Assembly: GCA_963776245.1 (NCBI GenBank)
Contig: CAVZLN010000003.1
Location: forward strand, 1,167,517-1,231,516
DNA length: 64,000 bases
Direction: 5' to 3'
From: Candidatus Eiseniibacteriota bacterium
GTDB lineage: Bacteria; Eisenbacteria; RBG-16-71-46
Shown: piece after piece, positions 11,851 to 24,018 of the stretch
How the letters are laid out: each line of letters starts with the position of its first letter
Position numbering within the stretch: position 1 is the first letter of the stretch
Program-made: the position numbers and the translations under genes
The notes under the pieces: model-generated
Seen by the model: only the letters and a program-made list of their open reading frames with translations
The model's database searches: none
Told to the model about the DNA's origin: nothing

Positions 11851-12099
11851 ATGAAGCGCATCCGCACGCCCCTCGCCCTGCTCCTCGCCGCCGCGCTGGC
11901 GCTCGCGCCGTTCGCCCCGCCGGCGCGTGCCTCCACCGCCCCTCGGCGCGACTCCGTGGCCGGCGTGTACGCCGCGATCGGCTGCGGGCTGGGCATCAAG
12001 GTCATGCTGACGGGAGGGTTCATCAGCCCCACGATCGTCTCGCTCACCATCGGGATCTGCGCCCTCATGATCGCCGACGCGGTCGCCACCCCCGACTGA
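11851..12099 (+). CDS. Small secreted hydrophobic peptide B (82 aa, two Cys)
   Basis: RBS AGGAGG; signal peptide ending APPARA; mature part AIGC-x24-CALMIAD. Confidence 0.78.
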   Translation: MKRIRTPLALLLAAALALAPFAPPARASTAPRRDSVAGVYAAIGCGLGIKVMLTGGFISPTIVSLTIGICALMIADAVATPD

Positions 12100-12298
12100 G
12101 GCGCGCCGCGGCGGCCGCGGCGCGTCGGGAACCTGGGCCGCGAACCGGACCGGGGACCAGCGGGTGGGGTCGGGAAGGGGCGTTCCCGCGGAGCGGACCC
12201 TTGCCCCTGAACGACCCACTCCCGTCCCACGGTCGCCCCGACCCGCCCCGACCTGGCGCTGGCCATTCACGGTCGGGCGCGGTGTTAGACTCCGGGCC

Positions 12299-13204
12299 GT
12301 GGAATCCACCGTCGCCGACGCCCTGCGCCACGCCATCGCCCGCCTCGACGCCCACGGCTCACCGCGTGCCGAGGCCGAGGAACTGGTCGGTCGGCTGCTC
12401 GAGCTCTCCCGCGCCGAACTCTATCTCGAGCCCGACTTCGCCATCTCCGAGTCCGAGTGGGAGCACTTCGCCGCCTGGGTCGAACGGCGGGTGGCCGGCG
12501 AGCCACTCCAGTACATCACCGGCCGCGCCGCGTTCCGCGACCTCGACCTGCACGTAAGCCCCGCGGTGCTGGTGCCGCGCCCGGAGACCGAGGTGCTGGT
12601 GCAGGCGGTGCTCGACGTGCTGCGCGCCGCCCGCGCCGCGTGGCCGCAGCCGCGCGTGCTCGACCTCGGCACCGGATCGGGCGCCATCGCGCTCTCGATC
12701 GCGCACGAATGGCCGGCCGCGCGCGTGATCGCCACCGACCTCAGCGACGCCGCGCTCGCGGTGGCGCGTGACAACGCGGTGCGGCTGGCGCTGACCGAGC
12801 GGGTCGCGTTCGCGGCCGGGGACTGGTTCGACGCCGTGGGCGGGGACGACCGGTTCGAGGTGGTGGTCTCGAACCCGCCCTACGTGGCCGAGCACGAGTT
12901 CTCTGCGCTCCCCGCCGATGTGCGCGATCACGAGCCCCGCGCCGCGCTGGTGGGGGGAGAAGCGGGCAACGACGATCTGCGCACCATCTCTACCGACGCC
13001 CCGCGTCACCTGGTGGCCGGCGGGCTGCTCGCGCTCGAACTGGCGGAGCAGCGCGCCGAGGAGGTGGCGTCGTGGTTCGAGGGGGCGCAGGACTGGACCG
13101 ACACCCAGGTCCTGAACGACCTCGCCGGTCGCCCGCGCGTGCTGCTCGCGCGGCGCGCGCGCGGGCCGGCCATCGCGCCCGCGCAGTGGACGGAATCGCC
13201 CTGA
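12299..13204 (+). CDS. prmC: Release factor glutamine methyltransferase
   Basis: GEPLQYI, VLVPRPETE, LDLGTGSGAI, SNPPY. Confidence 0.96.
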   Translation: MESTVADALRHAIARLDAHGSPRAEAEELVGRLLELSRAELYLEPDFAISESEWEHFAAWVERRVAGEPLQYITGRAAFRDLDLHVSPAVLVPRPETEVLVQAVLDVLRAARAAWPQPRVLDLGTGSGAIALSIAHEWPAARVIATDLSDAALAVARDNAVRLALTERVAFAAGDWFDAVGGDDRFEVVVSNPPYVAEHEFSALPADVRDHEPRAALVGGEAGNDDLRTISTDAPRHLVAGGLLALELAEQRAEEVASWFEGAQDWTDTQVLNDLAGRPRVLLARRARGPAIAPAQWTESP

Positions 13205-13312
13205 GCGGCGCGCTCCGCTCCACGATGTCTGGAGTCTGGTGCAGCGGATGGCTGGGGTCCACGCCCGCGGTCCGCCCGCGGGCTCGCGACGTCCGTCATC
13301 GCGCGTCCGGCC

Positions 13313-14245
13313 CTAGTGGTAGTGCGAGTCCATCTCGCCGGCGCGGACCGCCACCTTGAGCGTGTTGGCCTGCGGCGGGATCGGGCAGTTGTAGTGCTCG
13401 CTCACCGCGCACGCGGGGTTGTACGCGAGATTGAAGTCGAGCACATAGCGCCCGTCCGCGGCCGGTTGGACGTCCACGTAGCGCCCGAGCGCGTACGATT
13501 CGCGGCCGGTGGTGCGATCGCGGAAGAAGATCCCCAGATCGCGCTCACCCACGCCCGGCTCGAGCAGCCGGGTGGCCTCGAGGCGGCACGCGGTCCGGCC
13601 GACCTTGAACTCGAACCATCCCATGCGCAGCGCGTGGCGCTGGTTGCCGCGCGTGGAGAGGATGACGAGGGTGTCGGGCCGGGGATCGGGCGTGAGCGCG
13701 ACCTCGAACCGGTACGCGGGGTCCACCGGGAACCACTTGAGCCCCTTGTAGGCGGCGAAGCGCGGGCTCCTTGGGTCGAACACGATGAGGGCGGGGAAGC
13801 GCTGGTGCGACAGGCGCAGCGTGAACCTCCCGATCCCGATGCCGCTCGGTCCCAGCGTGGCGTCACGGGTCTCGGCGTCCCTCACCTTGAAGGCCGCCCC
13901 GGCGTCGAGCGCCTCGACGTGGAACGAGTCCCCCACCACGGTCACGCGCAGGTGATGCCCCTTCACGGCGTCGTCGTCGATGCGCACGTCACAGTCGACG
14001 GCGCGTCCCACCACCAGGGCGGTCCGATCGCCGAAGTCCTGGCGCTGCACCGTGGCCAGGTAGGAGGTCGGCCCGCTCCGGAGCCACTCCAGGGTCTCGG
14101 CGCGGTCCTTCTCGATCGCGGCCCGCAGCGAGTCGGCCACGGCGGGGGCGAGGCGGGCCGGGGTCGCGGGCGCCGCGAGCGCGGGCGCCGTGGCGATCAT
14201 CAGGGCGAGCAGCGCGGCGCACGGCAGGGCGGGATGGCGAGTCAT
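13313..14245 (-). CDS. DUF1684 domain protein, secreted
   Basis: FFRDRTTGRESYALGRY, LDFNLAYNPACA, YNCPIPP; signal peptide; RBS GGAGG. Confidence 0.9.
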   Translation of the reverse strand: MTRHPALPCAALLALMIATAPALAAPATPARLAPAVADSLRAAIEKDRAETLEWLRSGPTSYLATVQRQDFGDRTALVVGRAVDCDVRIDDDAVKGHHLRVTVVGDSFHVEALDAGAAFKVRDAETRDATLGPSGIGIGRFTLRLSHQRFPALIVFDPRSPRFAAYKGLKWFPVDPAYRFEVALTPDPRPDTLVILSTRGNQRHALRMGWFEFKVGRTACRLEATRLLEPGVGERDLGIFFRDRTTGRESYALGRYVDVQPAADGRYVLDFNLAYNPACAVSEHYNCPIPPQANTLKVAVRAGEMDSHYH

Positions 14246-14539
14246 GCGTTCCTCCATCGGTCGGGGCGATCGGTCCGGCGCAGCATAGCGGGGGAACGCG
14301 AGGTCGTCACGGGCGCGCGGCGGTTCCCGCGGCGGCTCGGCGCGCAGGTCGGGTCGCGGCAGTTGCGCCGGGAACGGTCGCCGCCGATAATCCCGCCGCA
14401 AGGCGACACCATCCCGAAGCACGCCATCGCGCGCGGCGCCATCGCGCGCGTCATCGAAGGAGAGGCGCCCATGGACGTGAGCGCCGAGGCGATCGCGGGC
14501 ACCCCCGCCACGACCGCCCCCACCACCGAAAGCCAGCCC

Positions 14540-15793
<1,254 letters not shown>

Positions 15794-15870
15794 CCGCGCG
15801 GCGCCGAGCGGCCGCGCCGTCGGCCTCGCGCGGGCGGCGCCGTCGTGCCGGGCCGCAGGGGAGACGCCGC

Positions 15871-16521
15871 ATGACCAAGCGTTACGACCGCGACTACTTC
15901 GACCGCTGGTACCGTGACCCGCGCTGGACGGTGGTGCACCAGGGCGTGCTCGCGCGCCGCGTGCAGCTCGCGGTGGCGGCGTCCGAGTACCTGCTCGAGC
16001 GCGAGCTGCGCACCGTGCTCGACGTCGGCTGCGGCGAGGCGCCGTGGCGCGCGCTGCTCCGGCGCGCGCGGCCGAAGGTGCGCTACACCGGCGTGGACTC
16101 GAGCGCGTACGCGGTGAAGCGCTACGGCCGCACCCGCGGCATCCGGCTCGGCTCGCTCGCCACCCTCGGCCGGCTCGGCCTCGACCCGCCCTACGATCTC
16201 ATCGTGTGCTCGGACGTGCTCCATTACGTCGGCACCGACGAGGCGCGCCAGGGACTCAAGGCCATCGCGCGGATGCTCGGCGGTGTGGCGTTCATCGAGA
16301 TGTTCGCCAAAGAGGACGCGACCGAGGGTGACCAGGAGGATTTCCAGATGCGGCCTGCCGCCACCTATCGCCGGCTGCTGCGCGAGGCCGGGCTGATCCC
16401 GCTCGGGCTGCACTGCTACGCGGGCCGCTTGCTGCAGCGCGAACTGACCACGTTCGAGCGCGGCGGGGTGGTGAACCGCTCTCAGCGGCGCGTGAGCGCT
16501 CGGGTACCGCGCCACGGCTGA
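15871..16521 (+). CDS. Class I SAM-dependent methyltransferase
   Basis: VLDVGCGE, YDLIVCSDVLHY. Confidence 0.85.
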   Translation: MTKRYDRDYFDRWYRDPRWTVVHQGVLARRVQLAVAASEYLLERELRTVLDVGCGEAPWRALLRRARPKVRYTGVDSSAYAVKRYGRTRGIRLGSLATLGRLGLDPPYDLIVCSDVLHYVGTDEARQGLKAIARMLGGVAFIEMFAKEDATEGDQEDFQMRPAATYRRLLREAGLIPLGLHCYAGRLLQRELTTFERGGVVNRSQRRVSARVPRHG

Positions 16522-16636
16522 GCCGCGGATGGCTCCCCTCGACACTCGAGAGCTCCGGTTCGAACGGCGCTAAGTCGTTCGCCCGCGTCGGCGTGTGGGC
16601 GCTCGGTCCCGCCCCAGCGGGAGAAACCGCCGGATG

Positions 16637-16685
16637 GATATTTCTGGCGAAATATCTAGACCGGGAACAATACCGGTCGTAGCTT
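16637..16685 (+). promoter_or_regulatory. Palindromic operator plus putative promoter
   Basis: GATATTTC-TGGC-GAAATATC perfect inverted repeat (16637-16656), then TAGACC-N17-TAGCTT. Confidence 0.5.
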
Positions 16686-16767
16686 TCATCTTCATACACA
16701 GGGACGTGAGGACGCCTCCCCAGGGCCGGGCGGTGGGTTCCACCTTCACCCGATTGCGGAGGATCCC

Positions 16768-17322
16768 ATGAAGAGCCTCGGAATCTCGTCCCGACTCATC
16801 TTGGCGGCCGCGGCGGGAGTGATGGCCGCTCTCGCGTTCGGTCCCGGGCCTGCACGTGCCCAGAACCCATTCCGCGTCCTCGATGGCCCTACTCCCAACG
16901 CCGGGCAACAGCGTCGCATGGAGATGATCGTCATCGATTCGAATCCGGGCGCGAACGGGGCCTATCGCGCCCAGGCCGCCGTGGTGATCACCGGTGTGGA
17001 GATCTGCTCGATCGTGCCCGCGGGCAGCTGCAGCTCGCCCATCATCAGCTATGCCGGCAACTCGTTCTCGATCGACTGGGGAACCGACTGCATGTCCCCG
17101 GGGCAGGTCGTGAAGATCAGGATCCAGTCGAATGTGCCGGTCGCGTCCGGCTCCGGCGTGTGGCGAAACGTCGCCGGCTCGACCGTGCCGGGGAGTCTTG
17201 TCCTCTCGTCCGGATGCGCAGCCCTGGGGGTCCCGATGACATCCGGCGCCGGGCTGCCGCTCCTGCTGGTATTGCTCGGCTCCGCGGGCCTGTTCGTGCT
17301 GCGGCGCGTCAAGGCCGCATGA
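16768..17322 (+). CDS. Secreted protein with IPTL-CTERM-like C-terminal sorting signal
   Basis: Signal peptide; C-terminus VPMTSGAGLPLLLVLLGSAGLFVLRRVK (motif, TM, basic tail). Confidence 0.75.
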   Translation: MKSLGISSRLILAAAAGVMAALAFGPGPARAQNPFRVLDGPTPNAGQQRRMEMIVIDSNPGANGAYRAQAAVVITGVEICSIVPAGSCSSPIISYAGNSFSIDWGTDCMSPGQVVKIRIQSNVPVASGSGVWRNVAGSTVPGSLVLSSGCAALGVPMTSGAGLPLLLVLLGSAGLFVLRRVKAA

Positions 17323-17445
17323 GCGCGATCACGCACCGGCCGGGCATCGGGTGAGGGGTCGGGGCGACGTCGCGGGGCTCGAACCGCTGGAGGACGCGCC
17401 CGCTCCTGTGCCGCGAGCTCCGCGTCCTTCGCCGACTTCGCAGCG

Positions 17446-17964
17446 CTAGCGCGCGCGCTGCTTCAGCGACTTCGCGGGCTTCGCGGCCATCGCGGGCTTC
17501 GCCCGCTTGGCGGTCCTCGCGGGCTTCTCGTCCACCTCGGTCGAGGTCCGCAGGAACTCTTTCACCGAGGTCGAGGCGATGGCCTCGCCGACCACCGCCA
17601 GCGGCAGGTCCTCGAGCCGCTTGAAACGCACGCACGACTTGCCCATGTCGAGCCGCTTTCCCGCCTGCTTGAATCCGTCCTGGAGCCGGTGGGTCATGGC
17701 GGGCGACTGGTACGCGCACATGAGGTAGAGGCCCATGTGGTTCTTCTGGTTGGCGAGCGCGGCGTACATCAGGGGCTGCCCGTTGTAGGTCTCGGAGCAC
17801 ACCGACAGCGGCACCTGATAGCAGATGAGCCCGTAGCTGAAGACCTCTTCATAGCCCTTCGGCAGGTGGGCGAGGACGACCTGGCGCACCTTCTGGATGG
17901 CCTCGCGGCGGCCGTCCGGCAGGCCGGCGATGTAGTCCTTCACGGCCTTGGCAGTGGGTGTCAT
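17446..17964 (-). CDS. DUF1801 domain protein
   Basis: YNGQPLMYAALANQKNHMGLYL, LDMGKSCVRF. Confidence 0.88.
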   Translation of the reverse strand: MTPTAKAVKDYIAGLPDGRREAIQKVRQVVLAHLPKGYEEVFSYGLICYQVPLSVCSETYNGQPLMYAALANQKNHMGLYLMCAYQSPAMTHRLQDGFKQAGKRLDMGKSCVRFKRLEDLPLAVVGEAIASTSVKEFLRTSTEVDEKPARTAKRAKPAMAAKPAKSLKQRAR

Positions 17965-18102
17965 GTCCGGTCACGCCTCCCTGGGGGTTCGAGTGCCGGA
18001 GGATTCTACACCCGCCGACCCTCGCGCCGAACCGGTTTCAGGGGTGCGTGAGGGAGATCGTCCGGCCGGGGGGGCGCCGCCCGACCCCGCGGCGCGGGCC
18101 GG

Positions 18103-19515
18103 TCAGGCCGCGCTCCGTTCTTCGCCCGCGGGCTCGCCGAGCCCCGGGGCCGACTCCACCCACAGCGGCAGCGTGAAGCACATGCGCGTGCCGCGCCCCT
18201 CGCCTTCGCTCTCCATCGCGATGGCGCCGCCCATCATCTCGACGAACGTCCGGCAGATCGTCAGGCCGATGCCCGTGCCCCCGTAGCGGCGCGTCGTGCT
18301 GCCATCCCCCTGGATGAACGGCTCGAACACGGCGCGCTGGCGGTCGTGGGGGACGCCGATGCCCGTGTCGATGACTTCGAAGAGCAGATCGCCCGACCCG
18401 GACAGGAGCGTGGTCCGGACGCTGATCGAGCCCTGGGGCGTGAACTTGAGGCTGTTGCCGATCAGGTTGATCAGCACCTGCCGCACCCGCTGCGTGTCGG
18501 CTCGCGCGGCGAGCGGGGTCTCAGGCGCCTCGAAGATCAGCCGCAGGCCCCGCGCGTCGGCCTGGGGCGTGAACTGCGTGCTCAGGTAGCCGAAGGTCTC
18601 GCCCACGTCCACGCGTTCGATGGCGAGCGACATCTTCCCGGCCTCGATCTTCGCCATGTCGAGCAGTTCGTTGATCAGGCGCAGCAGGTTCTTGCCGCAC
18701 ACCTGCGAGCGTCCGATGAAGTCGCGCTGCTCCTCCAGCGACGAGCACAGGCCGTCGTTCAGGAGCTCGAGGAAGCCCAGCAGGCCGGTGAGCGGCGTCC
18801 GCAGCTCGTGCGACATGTTGGCGAGGAACTCGCTCTTCATGCGGGCGGCTTCCACCAGTTCCGCGTTCGCGCGCTCGAGGGCCAGATTGCTCTCCCGCAT
18901 CACCTCCTGCTCGCGCCGCGTGCGCGCTTCCTTGCGCAGCGTGCGCTGCGCCCACCAGCTCATGAAGGCGATCACGACCAGGGCGGCCAGCAGGGCGAGC
19001 ACCGCGCCCGCCTGCGAAAGGCCGGCCGCGCGTTCGCCCGCGTCGCGGATGCGGCGGCGGGCGTACGAGACGGAGTCAAAGACGCGCACGAAGGCCGGGT
19101 CCACAGTGGACTCGTCGAGCTCGCGCGCCTCATCGAACCGACCCCGCTCGATCAATCTCAGCTCGCGGTCGACCGCGACCCGGTATTCCACGTAGTGCCC
19201 GATCACATGCCGGGCATCGTCCGTCCCCACGTGGGTCAGGGGCGCGAGCAGCACTTCCGCCCGGGCGCGGTTGGCGGCGAGCGAGGTCCGAATCTCATCG
19301 GTGATCCGGCCCGAGGCGATCGCGCGCCACTCGAGCGCGTCGAGACGGTTGATGGCCGCGGTCAACTCCGCCATGCCCGCGTCCACGCGCAGGTTCAGGT
19401 CCGCATCCCGCTCCAGCACGACGAACACGCTGGCGCCCACCGCGAACACCACCACGGCGGCGATGGTGAGCGAGCGAAGTCTCAGGGACTGCGGCACCGT
19501 CTGCGGATGACTCAC
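18103..19515 (-). CDS. Membrane sensor histidine kinase (no adjacent regulator)
   Basis: Two TMs, H-box KSEFLANMSHELRTPL, N-box NLIGNSLKFT, G-boxes DTGIG and GGTGIGL; start estimated. Confidence 0.9.
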   Translation of the reverse strand: MSHPQTVPQSLRLRSLTIAAVVVFAVGASVFVVLERDADLNLRVDAGMAELTAAINRLDALEWRAIASGRITDEIRTSLAANRARAEVLLAPLTHVGTDDARHVIGHYVEYRVAVDRELRLIERGRFDEARELDESTVDPAFVRVFDSVSYARRRIRDAGERAAGLSQAGAVLALLAALVVIAFMSWWAQRTLRKEARTRREQEVMRESNLALERANAELVEAARMKSEFLANMSHELRTPLTGLLGFLELLNDGLCSSLEEQRDFIGRSQVCGKNLLRLINELLDMAKIEAGKMSLAIERVDVGETFGYLSTQFTPQADARGLRLIFEAPETPLAARADTQRVRQVLINLIGNSLKFTPQGSISVRTTLLSGSGDLLFEVIDTGIGVPHDRQRAVFEPFIQGDGSTTRRYGGTGIGLTICRTFVEMMGGAIAMESEGEGRGTRMCFTLPLWVESAPGLGEPAGEERSAA

Positions 19516-19690
19516 AGGGGACCACGCCACGGGCTGGAGGTCGCGGCGGCAGGCCCGGGGGGACCGTGCCGTCCGGATCAGGAGGGGTAGATAGGGTTTC
19601 GGCAGCCACCGGCGAAGGTTTAGCCCGCTAAGTGGAAGGATGACCCGCCGATCGGCGGACTCCCTGGGCCCGGTGTGGGCGCCGCCGCGC

Positions 19691-21228
19691 TCAGCGGTAG
19701 GCGCGCACTGCTGGCCAGCGCTGGCTGAGCGGCATGTCGAGCCCGCGGCAGACCCAGATCGGCGCGCCGTTCTCGTACGGCATGCAGTACTTGCAGGCGG
19801 TGGTGTCGGCCAGCACCACGCTCCTGGAAGTCCTCGTGGGGGTCGTCGCGGCTGCCGCCGACCACGATCATCACCTCGCCGGTGGCGCCGTGCGTTCCCC
19901 ACAGCCAGTAGTTGTTGTGCCCCGAGATGGCGGGCGGCAGGCCCGTAGCGCGCGCCGAAGAAGTCGATCGCCCCGGCCTCGCCGTAGTTGCGGGTGTAGA
20001 TCGCGCACTTCGCGCGCTCCTCGGGCGGCAGCGCGTGGTACACGCGCGCCACGCGCTGCGCCAGGTCCTCCCAGCCGAACATGTCGGCGAACACCTGGGG
20101 GAGCTCGCCCCTCGCGCGTGTTCTCCTGCGGCGCGGATGCCCACCCCGAGCGCGCGCACGTAGGCGATGTGCCGCTCCACCGGCATGCAGCGGCAGCCCG
20201 AACGGCACCAGCGGCAGGCCCAGCAGCACCAGTTCCGCGAGCGCCAGCGGCCGCAGCCAGCCGCGGCCGCGCGCCGCGGCCGCGCGCTCGATCGCCAGCG
20301 CGCCGGCGGCGAACAGCGGCGGATAGGCCACGCGCGAGGTAGTTCGGGCGGCTGAGCCGCTCAGCGATCAGGAACACCGCCACCGCCAGCGAACACGATG
20401 CCGAGCGGCCGCCACGCTGCGCGAGAGCAGCAGCCAGACCAGCCCGACCAGCCACACCGGCAGCGTCGCCGGGCCCATGACGAGCAGTTGCTGGGCCCAG
20501 AACTCGACCAGCCCGGTGCGCACCATCTTGCCCTGCGTGGCGTTGCGCATGAACTCGAGCGTCGGCCAGCCGTGCTGCACCTGCCAGATCAGGTTGCGGC
20601 ATGAACAGCAGGGCCGCGACGCCCGCCGCGATCCACGGCCACGGCGTCGCCAGCTGGCGGCGGTGGTGCGTGAGCACCAGCGCGAGCGCCGCCGCGCCGC
20701 CGAACCACATCATGCTCCACTTGTTGAGCAGCCCCAGTCCCACCACCAGCGCCGAGCCCCAGCCAGGCGCGCGGGCGCCCGCCGTCGAGGGCGCGCACGC
20801 AACAGCAGCGCCGCCAGCGTCCAGAGGAACGTGTCGAGCGCGTTCATGCTGAAGAAGTGGTCCACGACAAGGTAGACCGGCGGCAGCAGCGCGCACAGGC
20901 AGGCCACCGCCTGCGCGAACCGCCCGCCGCCGAGTGCGCGCACCAGCATCCCGGTGAGCAGCACGGTGCCCGCGCCGGCCAGCGCCGGCAGCGTGCGCAG
21001 GGCGAGCAGCGAGTCGCCGAGCAGCGCGCGCTGCAGCGCCAGCAGGGCGATCGAGAGCGGCGGCTGGTCGACGTATCCCCACGCGAGGTGCTTGGCGCAG
21101 GCGATGTAGTAGAGCTCATCGCGGAAGTAGCCCCAGTTCGGGGCCGCGAACGCGTGGAGCACCAGCTTGAGCGCCGCGAACAGGGCGGGGATGAAGAGCG
21201 CGTCGGACCAGCGGGGCGGTCTGGGCAT
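19691..21228 (-). CDS. GT39/ArnT-like membrane glycosyltransferase, broken by several frameshifts
   Basis: GYFRDELYY, WGYVDQPP, GLLNKWSM, FADMFGWE, NYGEAGAI, SGHNNYWLWG distributed over different frames. Confidence 0.85.
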
Positions 21229-21409
21229 CGCGAGTCTCCGGTCGTGGGCCTGGGAAGCGCGGCCGACGCTACCGGGTGAGGGCTGGCGGCGCCAGAGGAT
21301 CCTGAGCAGGATGCCGCGTTCGCGGGCGACAACCCGCGGCCGGAGCGGTCCCGACCACCTACGGCCGCGCTGCACTCCGCATCGCCCATGCCCTACTATC
21401 GCCCCCGCC

Positions 21410-23329
21410 ATGTCCGCCCCCAGCCCCGGCTCCACCCGCCTCGCCGTCGTCGGCACCGCCGGGCACATCGATCACGGCAAGACCGCGATGGTGCGCCGCC
21501 TCACCGGCGTGGACACCGACCGCCTGCCCGAGGAGAAGAAGCGCGGCATCAGCATCGACCTGGGCTTCGCGCCGCTGGTGACGCCCGCCGGCGTGCGCGT
21601 GGGACTGGTGGACGTGCCCGGGCACGAGCGGTTCGTGAAGAACATGCTCGCCGGCGTGGGCGGCATCGACCTGGTGCTGCTGGTGATCGCCGCCGACGAG
21701 GGCGTGATGCCGCAGACCCGCGAGCACCTCGCCATCGTGCGGCTGCTGGGGGTGAAGCGCGGCATCGTGGTGCTCACCAAGCGCGACCTGGTGGACGCCG
21801 AGTGGGTGGCGCTGGTGCGCAAGGAGGTCGCGGCGCTGCTCGCCGGCACCGCGCTGGCCGCGGCGCCCATGGTGGAGTTCAGCGCCGTGACCGGCGCGGG
21901 CACCCCCGAACTGCTCGCCGCCCTGGACGCCGCGCTCGCGGAGCTGCCCAACCGCGCCGCCGAGGAGCCGGCCCGCCTGCCGGTGGACCGCGTGTTCACC
22001 GTGGAGGGCTTCGGCACCGTGGTGACCGGCACGCTGTGGCGCGGGCGCATCGCGATGGGCGACACGCTCGAACTGCTGCCGCTCGGACGCACGGTGCGCG
22101 TGCGCCGCGTGCAGGTGCACGGCGCCACCGTGGACGCGGCACTCGCCGGCCAGCGCACCGCGGTGGCGCTGCACGGCGTGGAGCGCGACGAGGTCGAGCG
22201 CGGGTGCTGGCTGGTGGCGCCCGGATCGCTGAAGGCCTCGACCACGCTCGACGTGCGCTTCGAGCTGCTCGCCGACGGCCCGCGCGAGTGGCCCGCCAAC
22301 ACCCGCGTGCGGTTCCACCTCGGCGCCAGCGAGATCATCGGGCGGCTGGTGCTGCTCGAGGGCGAGAGCGTGAAGGCCGGCGCCAGCGCGCTCGCGCAAC
22401 TGCGGCTCGAGCGGCCCGCCGTGGCCGCGCGCGGCGACCGGTTCGTGGTGCGCCAGTACTCGCCCAGCCGCACCATCGGCGGCGGCAGCGTGATCGAGCC
22501 GGCGGCGGGAAAACGACGGCGCCAGCACGCCGAGGCCCTCGCGAGCCTGGCGGTGCACGAGAGCGGCTCGCTCGCCGCGCGCCTGCTGCAGCGGCTGGAG
22601 GCGGAGCCGCGCCCAGTGCAGCACCGCCGCGCTGGCGCAGGCGCTGTCCGAGCCGCCGGCCGAGGTGGCGGGAGCACTCGCCGCGCTGGCCGCCGGCGCC
22701 GAGGTGGCCGAGCCGGTGGCCGGGCGATGGCTGGGCGCCACGCGCTGGAACGCCGCGCGCGAGACCATCGAGCACGAGGTGCGCGCCTACGCCGGGAAGT
22801 TCCCCGCGCGCTTCGGCATCGGCAAGGGCGAGTTGAAGAGCGCGCTCAAGGGCGCGATGGAGACCGCCGTGTTCGACGCCGCGTACGCGGCGCTGGTCGA
22901 GGAGAAGGCACTCGAGCAGCGCGCCGAACGCGTGCGGCCCGGCGACTCGCCATGGGAGCCGCCCGCCGCGACCGTGGCGGCGCTCGAACAGGTGGAGGCC
23001 GAACTGGAGGCCGCGGGCTTCCTGGTGCCCGAGACCGCGCAGTGGCAGTCGAAGCTCGGAGCCGGCGCCACCGAGGTGGCCGGGCTCGGACTGTTCCTCG
23101 GGCGCCTGGTGCGCGTGAACGCCGAGTTCACCTACACCACGCGCCAGATGGACGACCTGCGCCGGCGACTGGCGACCTGGTTCGCGCAGAAGCCCGCGCT
23201 GACCGTGGCCGACTTCCGCGAGATCACCGGCGCCAGCCGCAAGTTCGCGGTGCCCCTGCTGGAGCACTGCGACCGCGTGGGCTGGACGGTGCGAGTGGGG
23301 GACGAGCGGAAGGCGGGGGGCGGGGGTGA
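21410..23329 (+). CDS. selB: Selenocysteine-specific elongation factor, frameshifted near 22615 and probably near 23310
   Basis: [37 protein letters not shown]-terminal winged helix [18 protein letters not shown] in frame 22665. Confidence 0.95.
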   Translation: MSAPSPGSTRLAVVGTAGHIDHGKTAMVRRLTGVDTDRLPEEKKRGISIDLGFAPLVTPAGVRVGLVDVPGHERFVKNMLAGVGGIDLVLLVIAADEGVMPQTREHLAIVRLLGVKRGIVVLTKRDLVDAEWVALVRKEVAALLAGTALAAAPMVEFSAVTGAGTPELLAALDAALAELPNRAAEEPARLPVDRVFTVEGFGTVVTGTLWRGRIAMGDTLELLPLGRTVRVRRVQVHGATVDAALAGQRTAVALHGVERDEVERGCWLVAPGSLKASTTLDVRFELLADGPREWPANTRVRFHLGASEIIGRLVLLEGESVKAGASALAQLRLERPAVAARGDRFVVRQYSPSRTIGGGSVIEPAAGKRRRQHAEALASLAVHESGSLAARLLQRLEAEPRPVQHRRAGAGAVRAAGRGGGSTRRAGRRRRGGRAGGRAMAGRHALERRARDHRARGARLRREVPRALRHRQGRVEERAQGRDGDRRVRRRVRGAGRGEGTRAARRTRAARRLAMGAARRDRGGARTGGGRTGGRGLPGARDRAVAVEARSRRHRGGRARTVPRAPGARERRVHLHHAPDGRPAPATGDLVRAEARADRGRLPRDHRRQPQVRGAPAGALRPRGLDGASGGRAEGGGRG

Positions 23330-23908
23330 CTACTCGGGGGGCAACTGGCCGAGCACGATGATGGCCTCGCCGTCGGCTACGAGGCCCTCCGAGCTCAAGT
23401 CGGATCGGAAGTTCACCTGAAACTGGGTGCGCCAGGGCTTGGTGCGCTCCTTCAACTCCTCCAGCGTCAGCAGTCGGACGAATGGACGACCGAAGTCGTT
23501 GGCGGAGTTGAGGACGACGAAGGCAAACAGATAGCGCGAGCCGAGAACTTCAGCGAGACGCCGCTCGCTTTCCGTGACGCCGAAGAAGAAACTATTGAGT
23601 GCGGCACTCTTGATGGCCTTGCGTGTCGCCTTCATCTCGACCAGTCGGAGCTGCGGAAGGTGCTCGGCGACATTCTCGTCCGTGATCGTCGGGATGCCCT
23701 TGGGAATCATTAGGAGATCGAAGGTCTGCGGACCGTATCCACCCGGACCGCCGCCGCCGATCAGCTTGATGATTGCCCGCCGGGTCGGCAGGTCGGCCTC
23801 CTGGAAGCGAGGATCGCGGAGTAAGATCTCGCGACCGGTCTTCTGGACCCCCTGATTCTTCCTGCTCTTGGTGAATCTACCGTCCACCTCATCATCGGCT
23901 GGCGACAT
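23330..23908 (-). CDS. Putative PD-(D/E)XK nuclease
   Basis: TFDLL...LVEMKAT...FFFGVTESE resembles the DUF3883-type D...ExK...SxxE pattern. Confidence 0.6.
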   Translation of the reverse strand: MSPADDEVDGRFTKSRKNQGVQKTGREILLRDPRFQEADLPTRRAIIKLIGGGGPGGYGPQTFDLLMIPKGIPTITDENVAEHLPQLRLVEMKATRKAIKSAALNSFFFGVTESERRLAEVLGSRYLFAFVVLNSANDFGRPFVRLLTLEELKERTKPWRTQFQVNFRSDLSSEGLVADGEAIIVLGQLPPE

Positions 23909-24018
23909 TGCCCGATGATCGTGGATCCTTGGCTGGCGATCAAGATGCACTGGACAGGAGTTGGACGCACAGGCCGGCTTCGGCCGCTCTTCCCTTCGAT
24001 CTGAATGAGGCCGACAAC

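Noticed and set aside
18103..20331. Apparent glycosyltransferase-histidine kinase fusion
   Set aside because: A frameshifted GT39 fragment reads through into the kinase frame; the GT has its own stop at 19691.
21410..23329. Selenoprotein genes near selB
   Set aside because: No in-frame TGA at a catalytic position and no selA, selC or selD recognised in this window.
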